Assembly: GCA_964016885.1 (NCBI GenBank)
Contig: OZ024740.1
Span: 277,450,001-277,514,000, forward strand
Direction: 5' to 3'
DNA: 64,000 nucleotides
DNA from: Eledone cirrhosa
Lineage: Eukaryota
The translations under genes were made by a program, and so were the position numbers. Below are positions 27,038 to 43,826 of the stretch, in pieces (the stretch's first letter is position 1; every line of letters starts with the position of its first letter). The notes below the pieces were generated by a model. The model did not search any database and was not told where the DNA came from. It was given only the letters and a program-made list of their open reading frames with translations.

Positions 27038-27226
27038 CGAAGCAAATGTGGTAAGGAACCAGGTGGACCATAACGCGCCAAAGTACTCAATACTTAGGGT
27101 AGTAGAGTGGGTAATAGGAACCAGTAAGACCCCGACGGCTGAGCTCAAGCCGTTTCGACGGCTAATTGAGTCCAGAATTAGCCGTCGAAACGGCTTGAGC
27201 TCAGCCGTCGGGGTCTTACTGGTTCC
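27036..27226. mobile_element. Family B mini element with a perfect ~110-bp palindrome
   Basis: 27117-27168 is the reverse complement of 27177-27226; loop GAGTCCAG. Confidence 0.88.
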
Positions 27227-27408
27227 TATATATATGTGTGTGTGTGCATATATAATATACACGTTATGTGGGTGGTAGTTGGGTTCAGCAGGTCAGGATT
27301 CAAATAGAAAAAAATATTGATTTAAATAGAAAATTTCTTTTCTATTCAAAATAAAGACCCAGATGGCATTTTGTTAATCTGCACTCTCCCTCTCTTGGCT
27401 TGTTCTAC

Positions 27409-27514
<106 letters not shown>

Positions 27515-27879
27515 AAGAGAAGGAGAGAGAGTGAGGGAGAGAGGTGGGCTCCATTGTATGAAGAGTTCATTCTTTTTGGGGTATGTAGATAAAAAAAAAA
27601 ATGAATACACATACATTGTTAGAAATACATATAAAGACGATTCAATATTCCATTAAAAAATACCCAGCGTGGCTTCAGCTGGATGGCTGGAACAGGTAAA
27701 AGAGTAAAAGAGAGAGTAAAGACAAATATATAATAAGTAATTTATTAAAATACTTTTGGTACAATTATTTTTTCAATCAAGAATAATTGCTTTTGGTGGT
27801 GCGATGTTTTGGGAAGGCAGTGATTTTTGCTTTTGTCTTGTGGAGTGTGTGTATGTGTATGTGTGTGTGTATGTGCGCC

Positions 27880-27913
<34 letters not shown>

Positions 27914-28394
27914 TATAAGGAGGTGGGGCTCCATTGTGTCAAGAGTTCAAGTTTATTTAGGCTTTGAATATAAAAACAAGTATAAAAGAATAAAGATAAT
28001 AAATAAGAATACTAATGTAGATATAGAGATGCTCCAAAGGGATCTTTGAAGCGGGGGGGGGGGGGGGGTTACATTTGTCATGTCAAAGAAAAGCTTTCTG
28101 GGAGATTTATTAGATAAATACTATTTTAAAAAGAAAGACGTTAAAATTTCGTTTTTCTTTTTTTTTAGAAGAAAAATTATGAATTTTTTCATTTATTTTT
28201 ACCCTGTGGTTTGTGTGCGTGGTTGCACATGAATAATGTTTCAAGTAGAGAAGATATTGAATGATATCTTTCTTTATTTGCCACAGGGGCGTATAAAAAT
28301 GGGACATTACAAGACGTGACGGCGGGGGTTTTACATAAAAATAACTTTAACATTAATAAATAACAATAAACTATATATAATAAAAAATAACAAT

Positions 28395-29225
28395 TGAAAT
28401 CCCCAGGAGAGGGGAACGTTACTGCAGGGTTGTTTTACACCCCGTGGATAGAACAACCCTCAGCACCAGGAACATGTTTTGTAGGTGTTCCTGTCTTCCC
28501 TCTGTTTATCTTCCTCTACCTACAGGTTTTCGCCACATTAACCCCCCCCCCCCCTTTCAGCGAATTTACTGGGGTGTAGCACCTCTCTCTCCACTGTCAC
28601 CTTCCTTCTGAAGTGGTACTTAAAGAAGGGGATATGTTGTTGTCCGGAGAGAAAGGTGTTTGCCCTCAGTCCTTTTAACCTCGTCCACCATATTACCTCT
28701 TTCGCCATAGCCACGAGACAGAGGAAAACCGCCTCTCCTTCGTTCTTAAATAAAGGCGGCAGGGGGCGATCCTCACGGTGGACTCGGCTGACAACTGGTT
28801 GCGTCCCACACATGACAGCAGCTGTTGGACATAATTCCACAGTTCGGTTACCCCTGGGCACTGAACAATTGCGTGCAGAACGGTTTCGATGTCCTGCTCG
28901 CATCTTGGACAGGTCCTTTTGGCAGGATCTCTGCCAGGCAGGCGTCCGTGCCTGTAGATTTTGTCTCGAACTGGAAGAGCTCCTCGGTAGCACTGCCAGG
29001 CTAGAGACCTCTGGAAGTTATCCATAGGCCCTGGACGGAAAGTCCTCCCGAACAGACTGGTCAGTTCGTCCTCCTCAATGCATAGAGTTTCCCCGAGAAC
29101 TTCGTCGCACCTATCCTTCACTAATCCCCTATAGAATGTCGAAGTGGAGTCTCCACTGATTGCCGTTTCCACTTGGTAGAGGGCTATGAGCGCCTGTAAG
29201 AACTCGAGGTGCCAGGCATACAAGC
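28395..29225 (-). mobile_element. L1/Tx1-type LINE 3' fragment (zf-RVT region)
   Basis: FQRSLAWQCYRGALPVRDKIYRHG...CPRCEQDIETVLHAIVQC; AKEVIWWTR. Confidence 0.85.
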
Positions 29226-29557
29226 ATGTCATTATCAAAACTGCAAAGTATGTCCAACAGCGTGGATCATTGAGCTACTAATTAAACAAATAATTCTCTA
29301 TATATTAGCAAAACACAATATGCTTTTAAGGCCACTTGAAATAGCACCCAAAACCCCATTTAATTCTATTGATATTTGTTCATTTAGTAGTTACGTTGCA
29401 TTACTACTATGTCGTTTGTTTACTTTACCTTTCCCACTCGCTCTGTCCCGATAACTTAGTTTAGTTATCGCTCGCACTGATTTTAGGTATCTAGTCTTTA
29501 ATGCGAAGAAATATCAAAGATAAACACCAGACTACTGATGATGGACAACCCCGTTTC

Positions 29558-31945
<2,388 letters not shown>

Positions 31946-32319
31946 ATGTATATATATATTAAAATAACAGATTAAAGTTTAAGCAAAGAATCGTTGCTTT
32001 CACCCTTAACAGGATCTTCTGGGTTTCAGTTAAGGTGAGTTAAGGGTGAAGGCAGCGATTCTTTGCTTAAACTTTAATCTCTTATTTTAATAAATATTTG
32101 CTCTAGGGTTCTTATATATTGGATATATATTTATCCTTATCGAGTGTAAAGATAAAGTTTTACGGAAGGGTTGATAAAACAGGACAAGCCTTAAGTAGTT
32201 GGATATATTTATGTTTGCTATGTTCTTGTATGTAATATACTTTAGTACTAAGTAATATTTTGAATAAATAATGCGCTACCAAATACATATTACAGTCTCT
32301 ATAATGCATATACTTTTAG

Positions 32320-32365
<46 letters not shown>

Positions 32366-32406
32366 AGAAAAAAGAGAATCAGTGTTGCGACGAATGGAAT
32401 TTATTG

Positions 32407-32505
32407 GACATATTACAATCGATTCTCTGGCGGCCAGCTCGAGGCACGATGGATTTGATGATCGAACCTGACTCCTCTGAAAATAGCAAGGTCCTCAGAT
32501 ATGTC
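32407..32505 (-). ncRNA. Degenerate hammerhead, 66-nt stem II domain
   Basis: Minus strand: GACATAT-CTGAGGA-...-GAATC-gatt-GTA|ATATGTC; perfect 7-bp stem I; GAAA changed to GAAT. Confidence 0.62.
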
Positions 32506-32518
32506 TTGATACTACGAA

Positions 32519-32568
<50 letters not shown>

Positions 32569-32760
32569 GTATAGGATTATCCTAGATGTAGTAATGGTTA
32601 ATTACTACACTGGATATGGTTGGCGTACGGTGAGAGGTTACTCTACGAGTTATGGAAGAATTATTGAAGAAACTTAGTTCCTGATCCTTCTGTATTCCGG
32701 AGTTTATATAAAGAATGAATAATAACAGGTAGACATCATAAAAAGGTAATTTATTCCGTG

Positions 32761-32872
32761 TGCTTACAAATGTTTCCACGGTGGTAATACAACCTAGTTA
32801 TGCTATGTGCAAATTTACAACTATTTGCAGAACTCAAATATCAAATGCTGTGACCACTGTATCCTCAGAGCA
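32761..32872 (-). ncRNA. Hammerhead, 85-nt stem II domain
   Basis: Minus strand: TGCT-CTGAGGA-TACAGTGGT...ACCACCGTG-GAAAC-attt-GTA|AGCA, followed by AATAAA. Confidence 0.75.
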
Positions 32873-33759
32873 GAATGGTTAAAATGAACAATGTAAATAC
32901 CCTTAAGTGGGGTTATTGGAGAAGATAGAGTAGAAAAGGAAGAGAGAAAAGTAGAGGAGAGGGAGAGAGAGAGAAAGATATGCAGGGGTTGGAGAAATAG
33001 GAGAGAGTGGTTTGTAGATATCTTAATCAAAATGTTATTGTAGGGGTTTTATTATACTGGTTACTTTTAGAGAGATGCGTTGATAGTCAAGGTCGGAATT
33101 ATTTATTGCCCCAGAGGCGAGCGAGAGAGAGATAGAGAGGAGACAGACGAAGTCTATGTGGTGGATGAACTTAGGGTTCGTAGTAGTAATCTGCGAATTG
33201 CACTGAGTTACCATTTATAGTGATAAGCAGTGTATTGTCTTGTAGTGTGGGGGAAGAGAAGGTGAAAGAGGCAATGGAAATGGGCACGGTTGGAAGGTGG
33301 CAGGGATTCGGCATGTTGAGCTGTGGCAGTCCTTAGGGACCACGGACGGCAGGCAATGGGCCGGGGAATGAATTGCGGCTAACAGGGCAGATATGCGCAT
33401 GGTGATACACAACGATGCAGTGGGTCGACGGCGTGCAGGGAATGGAGAGGGCAGGGCTTGACGGATGCCTTATTATGTTACGGTAGTGGGACCACGGGAA
33501 TGAAGGGAGCGCATGGAGGCTCGATGATCGCTTGAGAAGACTGGGCGCAATACAGGATGATGCGCGGCGGTATACTCTTGACAGTCCTTATATAAGAAAT
33601 GGAAGAATCGGCGTAAAAGGTTTGTTGAATATGGTGAGCGTTAATTTAAAGAGAGTTACGGTGGATAATCCTGATAGATTGAACGTTTTTTGCATGGCGG
33701 GAGTCGCGACAAATGGAAGCAAGAAGAATGGCGTTTTTCGGTTGCCGGATGTTTGCCTC

Positions 33760-34165
33760 TGGGGGTCCGATTATCGATTTTTTAAAATGTCAAGTACCTC
33801 ACGTTGATCCCCGCATCAAAATACATACCTACGTCAAATATCATTGGAATCGGACACATTTCGTAAATATCGATTTTTGCCTTTGGTGATCCAATTATCG
33901 ATTTTTCGAAAATTTAATGTAACCCACGTTCATCCACTGATCAAAATACACACTTTCCTCGAGTTTCATCGAAATCGGACGATTTTTGGCTTCTGGGGGC
34001 CCGACTATCGATCTTTCGAAAATTTCATGTAGCCTATTTCAATCTACGCGTCGAGTTTTATATATATATCAAGTTTTATGAAAATCGGATGAACGGTGTA
34101 GCCAGCAAGTTCGGGACGCCAAACAAACAAATAAACAACGCCGAACTTCACTTTATATATAAGAT
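33760..34165 (-). mobile_element. Helitron-like 5' segment with ~120-bp tandem units
   Basis: Minus-strand start TCTTATATATAAAG...GTTTGTTTG; three units sharing CCGATTATCGATTTTT; 3' end not identified. Confidence 0.5.
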
Positions 34166-34179
34166 ATGCATATATATAT

Positions 34180-37005
34180 ATCACGGGGCGAACTCCTCGC
34201 TCTCCGCTCCCTCCGTAGCCGAGATGACATCGTCATCAAACCGGCGGACAAGGGAGGCGCCGTAGTGGTGAGGCGCGCGGACCTCTACACGGCCGAAGCC
34301 CTCAGGCAGCTCTGTAACCCCCTCTTCTACCGCCCTCAAACACTACCTCGACCTTCGCCCCTCCCCCATTCCCTCCTCCCCCCACCCTCCTTCACCTCGC
34401 CGAGCTGGTCCTCACCCTGAATTGTTTCTCCTTCTCGGGTGAGTTTTACCAACAGGTCACGGGGGTAGCCATGGGTACAAGAATGGGCCCGAACTATGCC
34501 AACCTTTTTGTTGGCCATGTTGAGGCCCAAATCTTTGCCCAGTACACCGGCCCCACGCCAGAACTGTACGGTCGTTACATTGACGACTGTATCGGAGCCA
34601 CGGCCCTCACCCGAGAACAGCTCGACTCCTTTCTCTCCTTCTTCTGCTCCTTCCACCCCTCCCTCCACTTCACCACCTCTATCTCCGCCACCCACGTCCA
34701 CTTCTTAGACATCTCCGTCGCCTTCGGCCCCTCCCACCACTCCCTCGTCACCTCCGCCTTCTTCAAACCCACCGACTCCCACTCTTACCTCGACTTCACC
34801 TCTTCCCACCCACCCACACTAAACACTCCATTCCTACTCCCAACTTCTCAGGATCCGCCGCCTCTGTAGCCGAGATGCTGACTTTGAGTCCCAGGCCCTT
34901 TCCCTAGTCAGCCATTTCATCCGTAGAGGTTACCCCCCCCCCCTCTCTCGTCCACACCGCTCTCACCCGCGCACGTGCTGTCCTCCGCTCCACCACCCTC
35001 ACCCCATGCCACCGCACACCCACCCACCGTCTCCCCTTCCCCATCACCTACCACCCCTCCACCTTACCCCTCCACCGCACCATCCGCCGCCTCTTCCGAC
35101 GCCTCCAGTCCGACCCCTCCACCTCCCACATCTTCCCAACCCCACCACTCCCCTTCTTTAAACGCGCACGCAATCTCCGCACCCTCCTCGTCCACAGCTC
35201 CCTACCCTCCAACCCACGCTCTGTTTCCCCTCTCCCGGTTCCTTTCCCTGTTCTAGGCCCCGCTGCAACACCTGTCCCCACATCACCAACACCACCACCT
35301 TCCAGGGTCCCAACAGCCACTCTCTCTCTGTCCGGCATGCCTCCGCTGCACCTCCTCCAACCTAGTCTACGGATTGCACGGATTGCAGCGCGACTTATGT
35401 CGGACAGACGGGATGTCGCCTGGCGGACCGATTCACTGAGCGCCTCCGGGATATTCATCTCGAGGGTAGTTCCCCCATCGCCCGCCACTTTGGTGGCCCT
35501 GGACATTCCGCACGCCATCTCACAGTCTGTGGCCTACTCCAATGCCACGGAACACACGCCAATCGCCTTAGAGTCGAACAAAGAACTATCTTCATCTTAC
35601 AGACCCACACTCCCCCCGGCCTGAACTCCCCACCCTTATTCCTTTAGCCTTCGACCGCCCCCTCCCCCCACACTTATCCCCCACTAACACCACTAACACA
35701 CCCCTCCTTTTCACCGCCCACCCCACAACTAACAATACTAACACCTCCACTCCACCCCTCATCCGAGCACCCTTCCCCAACTAACATACTAACATCCCTC
35801 CCTTCTTCTCCTCCTCCCCCCTCCTTATCACACGCACACACCCACCGGCACATATATACACGCGCTCACACTAAACACACACCCTACTACCACCACTAAC
35901 CCCCACCCCACACACCAGTACACCACACTCCCTCCATAGAACTACACACACCCTTCTCTCCCCGCTCCACCCACACCCTCTCTCCACACTCACTCATCCC
36001 ACTAACACCTCTACTAATACACACACACACACCCTCCTCACTCCAACTTTCACACCTGCCCATCCTCGCCCCCTTACCATTCCACCGACCGACTGCTGCT
36101 ATTCCCTCTGACCACCTCACAGCACTCCCACTGCTTGGCCACTTCCTGTTGCGCGCACACCCCACATCTCTCCTCTTCCGACCATCTCTTCATGGCATAC
36201 TCGTATGTGTAACTTGACCACCACAGAATCCAGTAAACATCATAGGATTTTACCAACTTTTCAACCATCCTCTTACGTAATCACCTTTATAACTCACCCA
36301 CACACACACCCAACAAATGTTTTTCTCCACACGCCACCTACACCCACAACACGCTTAAACCCCCCACACACGTGCTTTCCACCACATATTTACACCCTCA
36401 GCCTCCTGATTCCTCTCCCCCACCCCTCTATCCACACACGCACAGACACTCCGACCTACAACCCCCCACACACACAACCTCTTCCTGAACATGCAACCCC
36501 GTTCTTCCCCCAACTTTTACTTTCACATACACAAACACATACACACACGTACACCTACACACACACACCACCTTCAGCCCTCCCCGCTCGGACACCCCGT
36601 CTCCCTCTCCCCACTCCACCCGCCACCACTCCTACACACCCCACACCCTTCCACCACCTGTTTTACCCCCCTTTTAATTTCAGTTTACTTTGATCATGCT
36701 TTTATATTTAAATTTATTTCATTCCTTGTATTTTGATCATGCTTTATTTTTATTTTTATTTTTATTTTTATTTTTATTTTTATTTTTATTTTTATTTTTT
36801 ATTTCATTCGCACCGTTTCCTTTCGTTATATGTCTCTCCACCACTCCCCTACACACCCTTTGAACTCTGTTCCCACACACTTCTCACCTGAGGAAGGGCT
36901 TATGCCCGAAACGTCGTTCCCCACCAACACCCCACTCTCTAGAGCGTGAAATTAATAAACATTCGTTGTACTGCCTCTCTGTTTTGTCCCTGTTCAAATT
37001 TTTCC

Positions 37006-37008
<3 letters not shown>
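34180..37008 (+). mobile_element. Neptune-type PLE: internally deleted RT, GIY-YIG, C-rich 3' UTR and terminal hammerhead
   Basis: IKPADKGGAVVV; GVAMGTRMGPNYANLFVG; YGRYIDDC; KPTDSHSYL; CTSSNLVY..YVGQTG..LADRF; several frameshifts. Confidence 0.9.
36886..36917 (+). ncRNA. Ultra-minimal hammerhead with no loop III
   Basis: AC-CTGAGGA-a-GGGC-ttat-GCCC-GAAAC-GTC|GT; AATAAA at 36954. Confidence 0.8.
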
Positions 37009-37044
<36 letters not shown>

Positions 37045-37179
37045 CGAAGGAAATGTGGTAAGGAACCAGGTGGACCATAACGCACCAAAGTACTCAATAC
37101 TTGGGGTAGTAGAGTGGGTAATAGGAACCAGTAAGACCGTCGAAACGGCTTGAGCTCAGCCGTCGGGGTCTTACTGGTT

Positions 37180-37279
<100 letters not shown>

Positions 37280-37284
37280 CTAAA

Positions 37285-37509
37285 AGTATACAACGTTCTC
37301 ATTATTATGCATAACCGTAAGAAGCATTGAAAAAGACTTATACATATGCAGTTCTTGGAAGCTATACATATTATATAATTGATAAAGCTTACTTACATTA
37401 AAAAATGTTTATGTACATTATGCACCGGCACATAACGGTAGGCATCCATTCATACACACATTTTTTCAATCTTATATATATGTATATATAAACAGACCCC
37501 ACCCACACA

Positions 37510-37548
<39 letters not shown>

Positions 37549-37733
37549 GAAAAAGTATAGTATGTGTATGAATGGATGCCTACCGTTATGTGCAGGTGCA
37601 TAATGTACATAAATATTTTAAAATTTAAGTAAGCTTTATCAATTATATAACATGTATAGCTTACAAGAACTGCACATGAATAAGTCTTTTTCGATGCTTC
37701 TTACGGTTATGCATAATAATAAGAACGTTGTAT
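37285..37733. repeat. Inverted repeat with ~180-bp arms
   Basis: 37285-37460 is inverted at 37560-37733; (TA)n in the spacer and flank. Confidence 0.85.
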
Positions 37734-38123
37734 ATGCATACACTGGTAAGATTAATTACTCATCGGAAAACTTTAACTCCTAGTAATAGATACATATTCT
37801 TTTTTCCAGGATATAAATTACGAATCGTTTATTTTCACGATGTTCTTTTCTGCATGTTTTCTTTCATCTAAACATGGAATGGAATAACGTAAAAACGGAG
37901 ATAATATAATGGCTGTTATTTTTTTTTCCTGTCTATTTCAAGGAATGGGTATTTACTTCTCCCTCGTTATTTTATTACACTAGCATTTCTACTTTTATTG
38001 TACCATATCTATAGATATTTAGATGATAAAATATGAAACACGCATACGACCGCATACAGACACAAAAGCGAACATGTATGTATGTGTATATATATATATA
38101 TATATATAGTTTTAATATAGATG

Positions 38124-38174
38124 AGATTCTACAGGACTAGAACTGTTTCATTCTTTAGAAATCATCAGGAATCT
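38124..38174 (-). ncRNA. Hammerhead, type I (same family as 47449 and 50636)
   Basis: Minus strand: AGATTC-CTGATGA-tTTC-taaa-GAAt-GAAACAG-ttctagtc-CTGTA|GAATCT. Confidence 0.82.
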
Positions 38175-38659
38175 GGGTATCAAAAAATAAATATGGTATT
38201 TATTGGTCTCTTCAGGTGGTAGGAGAGGGTAGGGAGTGGGATGGGTAGAGGTCATTGGTGGATAGAAAAGGGAATTCATTAAAAGCTAATTCTTTAAAGC
38301 TATAATTTATATTTAGAGTAACAAAGGCAGAAAGAATTCTATAAACAAGTTCAGAATGGGGTGCCACTCCTTATTTTTAAGTATCTCTTAAGCTAACAAT
38401 GCCTATATTTCAGGTGTCTATAAGATCGTTGGGGGTCAGTCATGGTTGATGGATTTAAAGAAAAGGGAAATTCTTTAAAAGCTAATTCTTTAAGGTTCTA
38501 CTTAGTGACAAAGGCCTAGAGAATTCTATAGACCAGCTCAAAATATTGAGTGCATATCATATCATTATCTTCAAGTTTCTCTTAAACTATATTCCAAAAG
38601 TCAACAGACACATTCACAAACACACACACTCACACACTCGCGCGCACCCACAAACAAAG

Positions 38660-38728
<69 letters not shown>

Positions 38729-39565
38729 AATAAGGGCGCTGCGGAGTTGCAAATGGGTTACATATGAAAAAAGTTTGTCCTTCATCAGTGATCTTCCAAC
38801 CATCATAGGCATTTCATCGCTTTAAAGACCATATACCTCCGGTTGGTGGGAGCAACGGCTATAAAAAAATCTTTGGGACACGTAAATAAAGGGGACGCGA
38901 GGGTAAACAAACAAAATGGTGAAGCAACAGAAAGTGAGGAAGAAGGAGACAAGTCCCATTTTCTAACACATCATTAATAGGAGCAGAGAAAAACAATTAC
39001 ACGCAAAGACAGAACCACGTTTATGGTATAAAAGAAGTCGTAGACTAATGTTCTCTTAGTCTACGACTTCAGCAATAACATTTACGTGGTTTTGTCTTTG
39101 CGTGCAATTGTTCTCCACGGTCCACATATGACGTATTATCTTCGGTTTTTCCGTTAATTACCAGAGAACGTCTCTATGAACCACCTAAGAGAACATTAGT
39201 CTACGACTTCTTTTATACCATAAACGTGGTTCTGTCTTTGCGTGTAATTGTTTTTCACCGCTCCTATTAATGACGTATTATATTCGTTTTACCCGTTCTT
39301 TGCCATGGAACGTTTCCACGAACCAAAGTATCGTCTTCCTGTCTTCCTCCGGTGGCAACGTTTTTTGAAATATCCACTTCTGCATTTACAGATTGACTTT
39401 GTTAGTTTCAGAAGATCCCGTTAAGAGTGAAAGCAGCGATTCTTTGCTTAAACTTTAATCTGTTATATTAATAAATATTTGCTCTACGGTTCTTATATAT
39501 TTGATGTATATTTTTCCTTATCGAGCCCTCTTTGGATTTTAGTCTTCAAATTTATTATTATTACT

Positions 39566-39733
39566 ATATATATATATATATATATATGTATATACATACA
39601 CACACATATACATACATATACATACACACAGACATACATATATATACATACATACACATATACATACATATACACACATATATATAGCAAATATACACAC
39701 ATACACACGTATGCATATATACATATACGCATA

Positions 39734-39812
<79 letters not shown>

Positions 39813-40346
39813 GTATACACACATATATACATACATATATACATATACATACACACACATACACACACATATATATATACACACATACACACACAGACAT
39901 ACACACATACATATATACATATATACATATATACATATATACACACACATATACACACATACATACACATACATATACATATATATACACATACACATAC
40001 ACATATATACATATATACATATACATAGCTATACATATATATATATATATATATTTATAAATATATATATACACACACATATATATATATATATACACAC
40101 ATACATATACATATATACACATACATACATATACATACACACATAGTTATACACATACACACACATATATACACACATATATATATACACACATATATAC
40201 ATATACATACATACATATATATATATATAATATATATATACATACACACACATATATGTATATATACACACACATACACATACATACATATACATATACA
40301 TACACATACATACAAATACATACACATTCATGCACATATATATATG

Positions 40347-40414
<68 letters not shown>

Positions 40415-40445
40415 AATAAGTACTCAATAAATATACGCATATACA
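39566..40445. repeat. Compound (TA)/(CA)/(TACA) microsatellite (similar tract at 47970-48715)
   Basis: Direct reading. Confidence 0.95.
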
Positions 40446-40746
40446 CAGGCACATAACAGCTCTACAGGCAGAAAATGCAGATATGTAAGAGGTACTCACA
40501 TAACCATAGTGGCCGTATTTCAGATTGAGGAGGCGTGGGGTGGGGTGGGAAGGGGGTAGAGGGGCTAGAAGGAGGAAGTCGTTTTTAGCCATCGGGCTTT
40601 AACACTGGCTTAAGGTATTTGAAAGTTACAAAGTTCTTGTGCATGCAGTTCGGGTAGTGTTCAGAGAGTTTGTTCAGTAGTTGCCCTTGGCGAATAAAAT
40701 TTCATAGCTCTCTGAGATACAAAGGTCGCAGCCCTGGTATCCTCCG

Positions 40747-40811
<65 letters not shown>

Positions 40812-41068
40812 GCGTGTGTGTGCGTGTGTGTGTGTATGGAATAACAAGTTATCGCTTTAGGTAATCCAGTTAGAAGTTGTGAGTACTCTGTACTATGGAA
40901 ATTTTCAATGTACGGCGTTGTTTGACTCAACAAGAGGTTTCCTTAGTTAGGTATCGAGTTTACGAATATTCTCACGCACGTTATTCTTGGAGTAATAGTA
41001 GTGAAAGAGCGAAGAATAACATGGGCGGCTCTCTATAATATATATATCGCTAAAAAGCTTTCTCCGAT

Positions 41069-41121
<53 letters not shown>

Positions 41122-41899
41122 CTGTAATGTCGATATGTAGCTAAGACTATAGACAGACACTAAACTGTTCAGAAGAGGCCAATTTTCCTCGCTAACACAG
41201 CTGCCCCTAGCCAAATTATGTAATACGTAATGGCATTACCTAATTTTTGTGATCGCCACTTTATATGGACTGTTGCCAACAGATGGGGCAGTGGAACCTA
41301 ATTAATTAGTCCGGGAAGAGAGAATCTAATACTTTACCCACACATAATCGATTTTCTCACTATTTAACGTTGTAGTGTACACTCTGCATTTGAGTTAGCA
41401 TCAGACGTGTTTCGTATGTGCAGCTATTAAAGGTATTTTCTTTTGTCTAGGTGTTTCTTTTATTCGTATAAATCAAACCAGTCCGAGGTTGCTGGTGTGA
41501 TCCCCTAGTCATAGCTGTCACATCAGTCTGGGTCTGCTGGTGTGTCCTCCTGTTCCCTCTTCGAAAGTCCGGAGGTGGCTTCCTCTGTACAACGAATCTT
41601 TGAGGTGAATTTTAATGTTAATTGTGTGAGCCTACTCTTCCATGCTGGCTCAAGGCATGTTGGAAGAGAGCGTTTGTAAGGTAACGCAAAAACCAATGTT
41701 GTTATCGTGACACCATCACTAGGTGAGCAGAGAGACACCGCCCATCCTCATTAAGAGAGGCTATCCCGCGCCAGATCTTGACTTGGTACTTTAACTATGT
41801 ACGCATACATACACAAAAAAAAATGTTTAAATAAGAAATTTGAAATTAAAAATATATATATATGTGTTTGTGTTTTATATATATATATATATATATATA

Positions 41900-42364
41900 T
41901 GGAAAGTTATATTTAAATTGTTGGGTTACAACTAGTAAATATTTATAACTGATATAAAAGCACTCAACAAGTATTTGGAGTATATTTACGATATTAAATA
42001 AATGGAAACTATATTTATAAAACCATATTTATTTCATTATATATATTTCAGGGATATCATATTAACAATATGTTATGCCTTCTTCAGACAAAATACAATA
42101 TAGACAGTTTTATAGATAAATAGATTTGACATACCGTTCAACATCGACTTGTATTTGAAAAAGTTGATTTGGCAGTGAAAAATTGTAAACAGAAAGAAAG
42201 AAAAAAAGAAAGAAGGAAAGAAAGAAATCTATTTATCTATAAAACTGTCTATATTGTATTTTGTCTGAAGAAGGCATAACATATTGTTAATATGATATCC
42301 CTGAAATATATATAATGAAATAAATATGGTTTTATAAATGTAGTTTCCATTTATTTAATATCGT
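41900..42364. mobile_element. PLE fold-back with two inverted hammerheads (42030-42095 minus, 42257-42322 plus)
   Basis: 41987-42125 is inverted at 42225-42364; TATTTTGT-CTGAAGA-AGG..CATATT/AATATG..CCT-GAAAT-atat-ATA|ATGAAATA. Confidence 0.85.
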
Positions 42365-42378
42365 ATATATTTAATATC

Positions 42379-42425
<47 letters not shown>

Positions 42426-42563
42426 TCCAGAACTAGCCGTCGAAACGGCTTGAGCTCAGAGCCGTCGGGGTCCTACTCGTTCCTATAACCCACTCTACTA
42501 CCCTAAGTATTGAGTACTTTGGTGCGTTATGGTCCGCCTGGTTCCTTACCACATTTCCTTCGT

Positions 42564-42598
<35 letters not shown>

Positions 42599-42749
42599 GA
42601 AAATGTGTGAGGTCCATGGTACAGTTAGTTATATTTGAAAAAAGGAAAGGGATGACTTCACTTATAGTTCTAAACAAATTGATTTAATTTTATATTATAA
42701 TATAAAATTAAATCAAAATGTGAAGTCATTCTTTTCCTTCTTTCAAATA

Positions 42750-42799
<50 letters not shown>

Positions 42800-42894
42800 T
42801 ATATACAGTATAACCAAGACTGGAATTGAATATTTTACTGCCAAGACTGGAATTGAACCATCAGCACAGTTGAGGTATGTCATGCATCAATTTA

Positions 42895-42960
42895 TGTATT
42901 TTTTCTGATGAGGACGTACTGAAAAAACAACACAGTACATCCGAAATATAATAAAACATA
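42895..42960 (+). ncRNA. Hammerhead, type I
   Basis: TTT-CTGATGA-GGAcGTACTG...CAGTACaTCC-GAAAT-ata-ATA|AAA. Confidence 0.72.
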
Positions 42961-43000
42961 TATTTTGATTATGTGAATGTATCCATTTATTAATATTTTG

Positions 43001-43052
<52 letters not shown>

Positions 43053-43129
43053 TCAGGTTATCAATAATGTAGTGATAATATAGTGATACCCTATATATAT
43101 ATATATATATATATTTATATAAACGGAAA

Positions 43130-43702
43130 AAATGAAACGAAATTTCATTTCTCACTCTTAGTACGGCTGTTACTTAAATATAAGTATGTATACGTACATA
43201 CATATATGCATACAGACGTTCAGTAGTATATATATATATATACATACATGCACACATATATATATATGTACGTATGGATTTACCGAACATTTATTTTAAT
43301 GCTCGGTGTGTTTGTAAACAAACATCCCAAATTAAGCCGTACGGTGCGCCCGGTCGATTAACTCACTCGATATGCAAATAAGCTGCTCAGCCGTTAATAT
43401 GCATAAGGAAAGTATTTACTTTCAGACGTTCAATCATCTGGCAGGAAGGTATACAGTGCTGACGATAGCTAATAAGCTTGAAACTAGTACATCCTTCCTT
43501 TGTCAGTGTTGAACAAAAGAGCAACGATGGTTGCTAGACACTGTACGGCTTAATTCGGGATGTTTGTTTACAAACACACCGAGCATTATAATAAATGTTC
43601 GGTAAATCCATACGTACATATATATATGTGTGCATGTATGTATATATATATACATACTACTGTACGTCTGTATGTATATATGTATGTACGTATACATACT
43701 TA
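43130..43702. mobile_element. Family C fold-back with a minimal hammerhead at 43455-43493 (+)
   Basis: 43175-43343 is inverted at 43543-43702; GTG-CTGACGA-tAGCT-aata-AGCTt-GAAAC-ta-GTA|CAT. Confidence 0.75.
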
Positions 43703-43714
43703 TATATATATATA

Positions 43715-43777
43715 ATTGACTCTGTGTGTTGTGTACTACGCCCTCTATAAGAGAAAAATCGACTTCAGAGAGAGAGG

Positions 43778-43826
<49 letters not shown>

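Noticed and set aside
39479-40592. Long ORFs of YI/HT/CV repeats here and elsewhere
   Set aside because: Translations of dinucleotide microsatellites.
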